This document shows positions 23,738 through 34,527 of a stretch of DNA of 35,886 nt, piece by piece. Under the pieces are notes generated by a model, which saw nothing but the letters and a program-made list of their open reading frames with translations, was not told the DNA's origin and did no database searches. The position numbers and the translations under genes were made by a program. How positions within the stretch are numbered: the first letter of the stretch is position 1; the number at the start of each line of letters is the position of its first letter. Source of the stretch: Callorhinchus milii (Eukaryota); contig NW_024705536.1 in assembly GCF_018977255.1 (NCBI RefSeq), positions 1-35,886 of the forward strand, in the 5' to 3' direction.

Positions 23738-24014
23738 ATAATAATTGTCTTTAGTCGCATAAATACGTTTTGCTATCTCAGGTGGTACAAAATTACGTTC
23801 TGGCCCATGATCTACATGGTGTATGGTCAGTCCCAAACTCCTAATCAAATCGACCTCTGATCTCCGATTAGCACCGCTGGCTACGCACGGTGCGAAAGAA
23901 GTTCAACGTACGTAGTACATCCATGAAGAAGGCCCATTGTGCGAAACGTTGTTGGTTCTATATTTTTCCTGTTAAGACGGTTGTTTTTGACGCGCGTAAG
24001 TTTTTCTCGTCCGT

Positions 24015-24533
24015 CCCTCACCACTCTCCCTCCCTCACCACTCTCCCTCCCTCACCACTCTCCCTCCCTCACCACTCTCCCTCCCTCAGCACTCTCCTCC
24101 CTCACACTCTCCCTCCCTCACCACTCTCCCTCCCTCACCACTCTCCCTCCCTCACCACTCTCCCTCCCTCACCACTCTCCCTCCCTCACCACTCTCCCTC
24201 CCTCACCGCTCTCCCTCCCTCACCGCTCTCCCTCCCTCACCGCTCTCCCTCCCTCACCGCTCTCCCTCCCTCACCACTCTCCCTCCCTCACCCCTCTCCC
24301 TCCCTCAGCACTCTCCCTCCCTCACCGCTCTCCCTCCCTCAGCACTCTCCCTCCCTCACCGCTCTCCCTCCTTCACCGCTCTCCCTCCCTCACCACTCTC
24401 CCTCCCTCACCACTCTCCCTCCCTCACCACTCTCCCTCCCTCACCACTCTCCCTCCCTCACCACTCTCCCTCCCTCACCACTCTCCCTCCCTCACCACTC
24501 TCCCTCCCTCACCACTCTCCCTCCCTCACCACT
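24015..24533. repeat. 17-bp minisatellite (ccctccctcaccactct) x~30
   Basis: Direct reading. Confidence 0.95.
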
Positions 24534-24536
24534 GAC

Positions 24537-26059
24537 GCCCAGCCGCCTTTGTCTCCCCAGTGGCGATGTTAATAGGCCACACCAGTTACTCGTTTGAGGC
24601 TGAGTCGACCTAGGGGAGGTTCAAATAATCGTCAGCGGTGGTGGCCGTGAGCGGGAATCGAACTGGGTTCGCCGGGTTGGTAGCGCAGCGTAGCGTTAAC
24701 CACTACACCCACCGCTCCTCACACACCACACACGCACAGACACACACACAGACACACACACATAGACACACGCAGACACACACACACAAGACACACACAG
24801 ACAGACACACACACACACAGCACAGACAGCACGCTAACCACAACACTACCGCTCCCCACACACCACACACGCACACACACAGCACACACAGACACAGACA
24901 GCACGCTAAGCACTACACTACCGTTCCCCCTACACAACACACGCGCGCGCGTCCATAGGTACACATACACGCGCTTGCTGCAGACAGACGACTGTCAGGG
25001 TGCGTAGGGCAGTAAACGACTGAAAATATAAAGCGGCAATGCTGCGCGAGGAACGCCTTAGACCTGCAACACATTTGTGTAATGCGAGCGTAAACACACA
25101 AACACACACATACATACACACATACACACACATACACACATACATACACACAGACACACACATACACACAAACACACACATACAAACACACAAACACATA
25201 CACAATACACACACACATACATGCATACACACAGACAGACACATAAGACACATACATACACACACATACATACACAGAAACACATAAACACACATACATA
25301 GACACACACATACATACACACAAACACATCCACACACGTACATACACACATACATACAGACACGCAGACATACACATAAACACATACAAAAAAACGCACA
25401 TACATACACACACATGCATACACACAAAACATACAGACACATACATACACACATACATACAGACACGCAGACATACACATAAACACATACAAACACATAC
25501 ATACACACAAAACATACAGACACATACATACACACATACATACAGACACACAGACATACACATAAACGACATACACACATAGTCATGATCCGGCTTTGCC
25601 CGGGACTTGGATCCACCACGCCCGGCCGCCTTTGTCTCCCCAGTGGCGATGTTAATACGCCACACCAGTTACTCGTTTTGAGGCTGAGTCCCTCCCTCGC
25701 CACTCTGCCTCCCTCGCCACTCTGTAGAGGACGTGAAATTTGTATGAATTTACCTCAGAGTGGCGTGTTGGGTGTCGAGGCCTAGCACCGTGCAGAGCCT
25801 CCCGCCTTGCCTGATTTTCCCACCCGGCGAACGCTGGTACGGGTGCCGGTCCCCCCCCCCCCCGCGCTATTAAAAATGGCGTCCACCCCGCGGCGAAAAG
25901 TTGCTACTCGTTGCCAGGGGCAACCGCCGTCCAATGAAAGCGGCGAAGGCGTTGCTAGCCGTTGCCAGGGGCAACCGCCGTCCAATGAAAGTGCGTATGG
26001 TCCGAAATCCACACACACATACACAGACAGACAGACATGCACGATTTTATATATATAGA
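24537..26059 (-). mobile_element. Non-autonomous Helitron (extended type), 3' terminus missing
   Basis: TC 5' end at 26059; 25585-26059 matches 7073-7551; SINE 5' half at ~24537-24720; no CTAG end. Confidence 0.75.
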
Positions 26060-26077
26060 TGTGTGTGTGTATTGTGT

Positions 26078-26388
26078 GGGGAGCGATAGTGTAGCGGTTA
26101 GCGCGCTGCGCTATGAACCTGGCGACCCGGGTTCGATTCCCGCTCACGGCCAACATCAGTGACGATTATCTGAACCGGTCCTGGGCTTCCCTAGGTCGAC
26201 TCAGCCTTAAATGAGTACCTGGTGCGGTGTGTAAACATCGCCACTGGGGAGACAAAGGCGGTCGGGCGTGGTGCTGGCCACCCACCCCCTCGTTCGTGTA
26301 CCGTTCCGGCCTTCATAGGTGCTCGCTAACAGCACTTGCCCCTACAGTCTGTTAAGGCTATACGGGGGATCTTTGTCTTTGTCTTTGT
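26078..26388 (+). mobile_element. Full-length tRNA-derived SINE
   Basis: A box tagtgtagcgg, B box ggttcgattcc, conserved central domain, (tctttg)n tail. Confidence 0.85.
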
Positions 26389-26559
26389 ATATATGTATAG
26401 GCAAGTGCAACACAAAGCCATATCCTCCGCATGGATTCAGCAGCACGTCGACTGTTGTCATGGATGTCTGCTTCTCAAAACTGCGGGCTTCACATTTCAC
26501 TCAGCTTGGGAATGTCATCGATAGCGGGGCACTTCTCATGCGTGTTGTTATGGTCACCT

Positions 26560-26844
26560 ATTCTTGGGTTTTTTCGGTATAGTCACGTAGGTAAAAAAAT
26601 AAAATAAAAATCACGACGTTTCGGAGGCAACACAAGCTTTCCGTCTTCAGGTGGAACCGTCACAGCACGATAGCTGCATCAAGTAAGAGAAATTCCAAGA
26701 AAACAGTGTTGCCTCCGAAACGTCGTGATTTTTCTTTTATTTGTATTTTATTTTACTTTATTAATTTAATTTTTTTACCTACGTGACTTCACGAAAAACC
26801 CAAGCATATGAATCCTTGCAGTCACGAAAGCTTCAAATCAAGAA
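26560..26844. mobile_element. Fold-back mini PLE with 12-bp TSD
   Basis: TSD ttatggtcacct at 26548-26559 and 26845-26856. Confidence 0.85.
26612..26653 (-). ncRNA. Minimal hammerhead ribozyme motif
   Basis: Minus strand: cac-CTGAAGA-c-ggaaagc(ttgtgtt)gcctcc-GAAAC-GTC-gtg. Confidence 0.7.
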
Positions 26845-28025
26845 TTATGGTCACCTCACAGCGACTTCAGCTCTGCGCCTGGATGTTGAGCAGGTTCGGC
26901 AATGCTCTCTATCGACAACCAAATAGAGTTCAGACTCAGAATCTGTATTTATACTCGAGGAGTCCGACGAACTATGAAGCTCTTTTTCACACACGTCCAA
27001 GTATATAATCACAACAATGTCAACTTGTAACGCGCACAGTTTCCCTCGCTCTCCAACAGAGAATGACTCAAAGGTGCGGGGAGGTGCTACCACAGACAGG
27101 CGGGAAAAGCAGCAGCCGTACAGCGAACCGGCATCAAATGTCACCCCAAAGCTCTGCAGTCCTCTATATATGAAGGTGTTATTGGGCAATTAATGAAGGT
27201 TAAATCGTCTATGTTTACGAATTGGAATTCAGTACACAGCTGCATAATTGGTTGTGTCTGTCGCAAAGCCCACATACGCAATGCTGTATGCAATGCACCT
27301 TTAACTATATGTCACTAATAGTAACCGATGCACGTCTGCAAGCACAAGAGGTCTCAGTATGCAGAAGAGACAATTTATGATAAGATCGATACACTGTGGA
27401 AAAGTAAAACTTTCTTCTTGTGCAATGTGGCAACAATACTGTAGCTAACTCTTACCCTATTCTTGTCACATACAGTGTAAGTTCACGTCACGTATTATAC
27501 CATATTGATTCTCCCATTGCTTTTGTATTTTAATTAGTGGCTTATTCTTGGCCAATAAAACTTTTTCAAAGTGATATTGGTCCAACTCAAAACACCAACT
27601 GTGTATACGAGGGTCGAGCTATCACTAGCTAATCTTATGTCTACTCATCCGTATATCATTACATTTACCAATCATTGTCTTTAAACATTTAGACAGACAA
27701 ATGAGTTTAGACTTTCTTATTGCACTGAGAAAAATCTATTTTTAACCCATTTAATTTTCCTAAATCGCAAGCAAGCGCAATTATGGTGGTTTAAAAAGTG
27801 CAAGACTCGATGATGTGAACACAGGTAATTAAATAACCAGATTAAACGTTCGTAAACGCTTTTTTTGTTAACTTTAAATACTTTTTAAAAATCTATAAGA
27901 CCTTAATAACTGCTATGGGTTACCACAGCCCATTTCAATCAGTGGCCTAAACAACACCGCGCCTCAATGATCATCTGTACTCAGTTTTTCAAATGCACCA
28001 ATGTTCACATCGGATGGATTGTACA

Positions 28026-28315
28026 TTTTTATTTACCAGGTAAGGCCCACTGAGCTATGTAGCTCTTTTTCAGAAGCGACCTGGCCACAAATAATAGCTC
28101 AACGAAGCGGCTTATCACGTGGACATTTGAAAATGTTTCTCTTTTGTAAAATGTGGAGAGAAAAGGAAAAACCGCAGAACCCGGAAAAAAATGTTCACAC
28201 AATCACAGGGAAAACATACAAGCTCCAAATATACAGCAGGCGTCAATATAGGACTCGAACCCACGACCTCCTGCATACCAGGCGAGGTAGTTAGCATCTC
28301 ACCACCGTGGTGCCC
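28026..28315 (-). mobile_element. V-SINE-like element (tRNA head, V-domain, LINE-derived tail)
   Basis: Minus strand: B box gggttcgagtcc; ggagcttgtatgttttccctgtg...ttccgggttctgcggtttttcc resembles the V-SINE core; tail gccttacctggtaaataaaa (a similar tail fragment lies at ~10398-10428). Confidence 0.6.
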
Positions 28316-28701
28316 TATTGTGAATGCGTACCAATCCCTGTGAAATACGTCTACTTCCAAGAATCCTGATCCATGTATAATTAAAGTCAGCTCAACTATA
28401 GTGGAAGTGAAATACATGTAAAACCCCAACAAAATGAAATACACTTTTACTTAAAATGGCCGTGCTAGGGGTCATAAATGAAATGTGTTGTAAAAGTGTT
28501 AACATTAGAATACTGCACTAATTTCACCAGGCATCTTTGTACTCATAGTTCTGAAGTGATGCATATTTGACAGTCCTATATAATCTTGCCATGGTCATCA
28601 GTTTCTTGACTAGAGTACATTTGACAACGTTGCCTTTGATCATTGCTGTAGATTACACGCAGACACACAACGATGCCAGACACACACGGCCAGCAACAAT
28701 A

Positions 28702-29190
28702 TGTAATAAAGCTCGTTGAGGCGACTTCTGGAATCCGTCTTTTATTCAACTTGTATCACGGCTTTCCTTCACGCTGCTGACCGGCAGCGTGAGAGGGACA
28801 GACAGAGAGAGACGCACTGCCACGTGGCAATCCGGAGCCCCGCTCCCACGTGGACCCTTCTTCTGTTCGTTCCCGTTCTGACCACGTGTCGTTCGTCTCC
28901 ACCCCTATTTAATACCCGGGTCACATGGTACGTTTCCACCAGTCATGGTTAGCCTCCATGGAATATTCCAGGCTCCCTTGTAAGTTCCCGGGACCACGCC
29001 CCTGACTCATCTCCCCATTGGCTGTGGCCAAAGCCAACAGAACCAATCCTCTATTAACAGCTGTCACCTTTCCATTATGTCAGGGCCACGCCCCTAGGCT
29101 TCCCCCCATTGGCTATAGACCAGACCGGCAGAGCCAATCATCATGACGAATTGTGATACGTCAGTGAGCCAGATATATCCTCACATTACA
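28702..29190 (-). mobile_element. Solo LTR (Gypsy-like, 489 bp)
   Basis: TGTAAT/ATTACA termini; exact 4-bp TSD aata; on the minus strand CCAAT and GC boxes, then TATA-like tattaaata (~28910), then AATAAA (28741-28746). Confidence 0.8.
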
Positions 29191-29333
29191 AATATACAAG
29201 ACACGCGTCCCATGTCAGGTAGATTTACCAACTCACACGACTACTCATGTGTCCCCCAATAGCAATGCCCTAGAGGTGGACAGTGCGGAGATGGAACGAT
29301 GAACTCGGTACATGCGTAAGTAGTAGATGTATT

Positions 29334-29427
29334 TTGATTTAAAGCTTTCGTGACTGCAGGGATTCATATTCTTGGTTCTTTCGGTAAAGTCACGTAGAAG
29401 GGAAACAATAAAAAAGAACCAAGAATA
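29334..29427. mobile_element. Ultra-short (94 bp) mini PLE with 13-bp TSD
   Basis: TSD tagtagatgtatt at 29321-29333 and 29428-29440; right arm is only aaagaaccaagaata. Confidence 0.85.
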
Positions 29428-30065
29428 TAGTAGATGTATTGTTACATCATAAGACTGTAAATGGTGACGCCTTGGGGAGGCCTTACATCCATCAGTGGAT
29501 TGATAATGGCTGCCGATTGCGATAACCGCAGAACCTAGAAATACTGGAGTGGCTTTTTTTTACTTAAAAACTCACTTGTACAGGTTAATCACACAATTGT
29601 TTAATCTGCCAATCACACAATTGTTTAATCTGCCAATATGGAAGATTAAACTATACCTTTAGGACAAAGTTGTCGCATTTCGTCGTGAGGCGTCTCTCGT
29701 TACACCGGAGTCCGGATGAGGGCAGCAGCAGCAGCAGAATGTCAAACATCGTCAAAGTTAAACTCGTGGTTCACAGGCGGTGCACAAGCACGGACGAGAA
29801 AAACTTACGCGCGTCAAAAACAACCGTCTTAACAGGAAAAATATAGAACCAACAACGTTTCGCAAATGGCCCTTCTTCATGGATGTACTACGTACGTTGA
29901 ACTTCTTTCGCACCGTGCGTAACCAGCGGTGCTAATCGGAGATCAGAGGTCGATTTGATTAGGAGTTTGGGACTGACCATACACCATGTAGATCATGGGC
30001 CAGAACGTAATTTTGTACCACCTGAGATAGCAAAACGTATTTATGCGACTAAGGACAATTATTAT

Positions 30066-30355
30066 AATAGGTGTTACCCTTTTTTCTGGCAACAAAACAG
30101 TTGTGTTAAGTGTTAAAACACCAAACTGAAACCTTTTACAAGGAATCATGTCTACATTAACCACAATACTTGTGGTCAGAATGCAAACAAAAACACACTC
30201 TGATAATATATGCATTGTCTTTGAAACTGATTTTGTTTGCATTCTGACCACAAGTATTGTGGTTAATGCAGACATGATTCCTTGTAAAAGGTTTAAGTTT
30301 GGTGTTTTAACATCTTAACACCTGTTTTGTTGCCAGAAAAAAGGGGAAACCTATT
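30066..30355. mobile_element. Fold-back MITE-like element (duplicate of 23478-23737)
   Basis: Same arms, with longer perfect pairing near the loop. Confidence 0.7.
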
Positions 30356-30489
30356 CTCATATTTTGGTACTGGCAAAGGAGGTCCCATGATAATGACAAT
30401 TAGTTATGTTAACCCCCAACTCATATCAAGTGGACATCACATAATGCGCTGTTGTCATTGGCCTCATTAATAATTTGTAACCTCTAAAG

Positions 30490-30878
30490 CAGCGGTCGGG
30501 AATCTATGGCTCGCGAGCCATATATAGCTCTTCTAGTGACGGCATATGGCTCCCAGACAATTTTGAGTTGAAAAAAAATCAGTTTGGAACTGATTTTAAA
30601 ATACTTGTGAAATTGCTTAATAATACTGTGTCATTTTAAAGTTAACAGAAATTAGTTTTGAAGATAAATGTCACGGGTCACGCCTGCATGAAGCTCAACC
30701 TCACCACGTATGAACCAGAATACAAGGCCATCAGCAACACCATGCAGCACCAGAAGTCGCATTAAAGTAAGACATTTAATTTATTATACGTAAAAAATAC
30801 TATATGGCTCTCAATGAAATATATTTATAAATATTTGGCTTTTATGGCTCTCCCAGTCAAAAAGGTTCCCGACCCCTG
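30490..30878. mobile_element. Charlie-like hAT element (duplicate of 22951-23341)
   Basis: TIR cagcggtcgggaatct / aggttcccgacccctg; TSD ctctaaag/ctttaaag. Confidence 0.8.
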
Positions 30879-31749
30879 CTTTAAAGCCACGCCACCTTAG
30901 GGTTGGTATACCGACGAGTGAAAAACATGTGCCGGGCTCGTGGCGAACGGCGCCTGATAAGAATTGGACTTAGAAGGAGTCAAAGGGTCAGCAAAGCGAT
31001 GGGTACGGAAGTGGGAGGAGAAGTCACAGCCGTGACTTTTAAATCAATCGCATGGAGTTATCGTGAACTGCTTTTTGTGCGTGTTTAGTTTGTTGCCCTT
31101 CCAACGCACCTCACGGCTGGCTACGTGCGGCGCGAAAGAAGTTCTCAACAAAGCACGTGCATAAAATGCAGAGCAGGTGCGACATCGCGTTCTCAATGTG
31201 TGCACTGTGTGTTGAACGTCTTTCGCGCCGTACGTAGACAGCCATGCTGATCGGGGTGAGGTGGATTGTGACATCACGAGACCACGTGAGATGGCGACAC
31301 CAATGGAGAAGCCTTCATTCAGCAGTGGATAGGCCATGGCTGACGATGATCGTTACGGTACCAAAACAACACGAGGTACAGGCATGCGTTATACGCGTTT
31401 ATAAACCCAAGCACAAAGCGTGTTGGTTGTTTGGATTTACATTACCCCGTTAACTTATATGTTGAACTTCGTTTGCACGATACGTAGCCAACCACGCTAA
31501 TTGGAGGTACGAGAGGGGGGGGGAATGACAACGAACTAAACACGAAAAGCAGTTTTGAAGAAATGAGTTTTCAATCGAGATGATTTAAAAGTGCGTAGCT
31601 CCAATGGCTTCCCAATATCGGAAGGAGGAGCGTTCCAGACGGCCGCAGAAGTGCATCTGGAAGCGCGCGATGCGGCGACCACCGCCTTTGTTCGGTGGTT
31701 CGCCAAAATTCGCTGCGAGGATGACCGGAGGTCGCGTCATGATGGTTTA

Positions 31750-32066
31750 GGGGCCGTCCATAAATGACGTCACGCACCTATATGGGGGGGGGGTCAGACA
31801 TTTGTGACGATGTGTGAAGAGGGGGCGGGGTTTGAAAAATGATGACGTCACATCAAAATGCGCAACTTTAAATAAATATAGACAGACACATTAAATGCGC
31901 ACTACAATGACAATAGTTTAAAGCGATTTGAAGCATGTTTTTTTGGATGGGGCAGAGCTTTGTGACGTCATATTTGAGGGGGGGTCTAACTTTTTGTGAC
32001 GCCGTGTGACGAGGGGGGGGTAAAAAATCGTCCAAAATCGCGTGACGTCATTTATGGACGGCCCCC
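31750..32066. mobile_element. PIF/Harbinger-like MITE (duplicate of 21770-22088)
   Basis: Same TIRs, tta flanks. Confidence 0.75.
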
Positions 32067-32722
32067 TTATGCTCCTTGGCGAGATCAGCAAGGTATTGTG
32101 TGGTTCATTCGTGGCAAGCACTTTGTGTGAAATGAGTGCGACCTGTGTATAAACATATCCGTAAGACTTGCAATCCAGAGGAACGCCAGTTCCATTCAAT
32201 CTCCCGCCGTGGTACAGTGGAGAACATTTCTTAAAATCGCACTGGCGTGAAAAGGCCTGATTGCCAGATTGGACCCAGGGCAAAGTACCCATGACAATAA
32301 ATGAAGCAGCTGCCACCCACTTTTATAATCCCTCAGTTATGACCGAGCTTTCTATTACCAACACGCGTTTGAACAGAGGTTTAGAGCACGTGGTACAACG
32401 CGTTGTGTGTGTCAAGGCTTACACAACTGCCACACAGTGGCGCGATTGGGGAATTGCACTGCTCCCAGTTTAAAACATCTTCACAGCAGCCGCTGTGGGC
32501 AAACCAATTGGACGAAAGGACGGCCCTCAGATGCCCCTCCTGGGGCCGTCTGGAACGTTCTTCCTTCCGATGCCGGGAAGCCACTGGGAGCAATGGTGCA
32601 CGTTCACTCGTTTCGATTTAAAGCTTTCGTGACTGCAGGGATTCATCTTCTTGTTTCTTTCGGTAAAGTCACGTAGAAGGGAAGTAATAAAATAATAAAA
32701 ATAAAACATAATAAAACAATTC

Positions 32723-32765
32723 TCACGACGTTTCGGCTACAACGCAAGCAGCCGTCTTCAGGTGA
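32723..32765 (-). ncRNA. Minimal hammerhead ribozyme motif
   Basis: Reverse complement of 33935-33977. Confidence 0.8.
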
Positions 32766-33934
32766 AGAATGAGACACTACCAAACTAGGAGCTTATATAT
32801 AAGCTGCATTGGGGGTTGGAGAGCGCCTTAACAAAAAGAATGTGCATGTGAAGAGGAATTTAGCATATTCATGGCAAATGCGTAGGCGTTGGGCGGGGGG
32901 GTGTCAAAGTCATATTATGCCCATGCATTATGCAGGATCAGCAGCAACCAAGGGGGTGCAGGATTAGCAGTAACAAAGGAAAGGAATGTTAATGATATGT
33001 AGCTGCAGTTACTCAACAACCACGTAGAAAACTAAAGTATAAACTACATAAAAAAAAACTAAAGTATAAACTGCATCGCACCATCAGTATACTTACTATA
33101 CTCTATAATAAGCTGAGTTACTAACAGCAAGTAATACATTACAATTCTACCTCGTAAAAATTCTATAATATGCTTCCATCTAAACCTTATTCTCTTACAT
33201 CACACGAGCATATACCGTACTATATACTGCCATAGATAAACCCAACATTAAATTATATACTGTATTGCTGTAAACCAACCTATATCTTATACATTTAATA
33301 TAACACTATGTATTATATTAAATGTATAAGATATAGGTTGGTTTACAGCAATACAGTATATAATTTAATGTTGGGTTTATCATAACACTATGTATTATAT
33401 TAAATGTATAAGATATAGGTTGGTTTACAGCAATACAGTATATAATTTAATGTTGGGTTTATCTATGGCAGTATATAGTACGGTATATGCTCGTGTGATG
33501 TAAGAGAATAAGGTTTAGATGGAAGCATATTATAGAATTTTTACGAGGTAGAATTGTAATGTATTACTTGCTGTTAGTAACTCAGCTTATTATAGAGTAT
33601 AGTAAGTATACTGATGGTGCGATGCAGTTTATACTTTAGTTTTTTTTTATGTAGTTTATACTTTAGTTTTCTACGTGGTTGTTGAGTAACTGCAGCTACA
33701 TATCATTAACATTCCTTTCCTTTGTTACTGCTAATCCCTGCACCCCCCTTGGTTGCTGCTGATCCTGCATAATGCATGGGCATAATATGACTTTGACACC
33801 CCCCCGCCCAACGCCTACGCATTTTCCATGAATATGCTAAATCCCTCTTCACATGCACATTCTTTTTGTTAAGGCGCTCTTCAACCCCCAATGCAGCTTA
33901 TATATAAGCTCCTAGTTTGGTAGTGTCTCATTCT

Positions 33935-33977
33935 TCACCTGAAGACGGCTGCTTGCGTTGTAGCCGAAACGTCGTGA
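33935..33977 (+). ncRNA. Minimal type I hammerhead ribozyme motif
   Basis: tcac-CTGAAGA-c-ggctgc(ttgcgtt)gtagcc-GAAAC-GTC-gtga; TATATAA about 35 nt upstream. Confidence 0.8.
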
Positions 33978-34527
33978 GAATTGTTTTATTATGTTTTATT
34001 TTTATTATTTTATTACTTCCCTTCTACGTGACTTTACCGAAAGAAACAAGAAGAAGGTTCACTCGTTTGTTTAGAACTGCTACTCGCAATGAGTAGGGTA
34101 CGAAAGAAGTTCAACGTACAGTGTCCTTTCACTTATTTTCAGAGGGGGAGTAGGGCACTATATTGACAATAAGACGTCAGTGTGTGAGGGCTGTGGCCCA
34201 CGCATCTGAATCCATTGGGGAGTTTTCACCATATTAACCTTATGACGTACGGTGAGGTCAATGGTTGGGGAGGCACTGGCTAGTATCAGAGCCAGACTTA
34301 CACACATATGAACCCGATAGAAGTAGCTTAAATTCACCATTCAATTGGCAGGTTGCACAATGACTATTGGTTAGGCGGCCGTATGTTTCATATTTCATAT
34401 CAGCATTCTTTACAACACACGCATACAGGTGAGTTACGTATTTGGTTCACGTTTTTATAGGCGAATGCAGTTCCACTATTCGTACTCATTCAACACAAAT
34501 GAAAATATATATTGCATGGTCTTACCT

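Larger units (their letters stand above)
19391..24014 (+). repeat. Inverted segmental duplication, arm 1 (minimum extent)
   Basis: Reverse complement of 29790-35886 once the 32614-34068 insertion is removed; window end 35886 maps to 19391. Confidence 0.95.
32614..34056. mobile_element. 1.44-kb palindromic non-coding PLE insertion with 12-bp TSD
   Basis: TSD gttcactcgttt at 32602-32613 and 34057-34068; ~670-bp near-perfect inverted arms; empty site at 21209-21220. Confidence 0.93.

Noticed and set aside
23890..24597. 235-aa Pro/Ser/Leu-rich ORF
   Set aside because: Translation of the 17-bp minisatellite.
26078..26150. tRNA gene
   Set aside because: A/B boxes present, but it continues into a SINE body and tail and is multi-copy; no convincing acceptor stem.
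28022..28045. Recursive-splice-like motif (Y-tract CAG|GTAAG), also at ~10410-10430 on the minus strand
   Set aside because: Both are the antisense of the same SINE/LINE tail (gccttacctg.taaataaaa).
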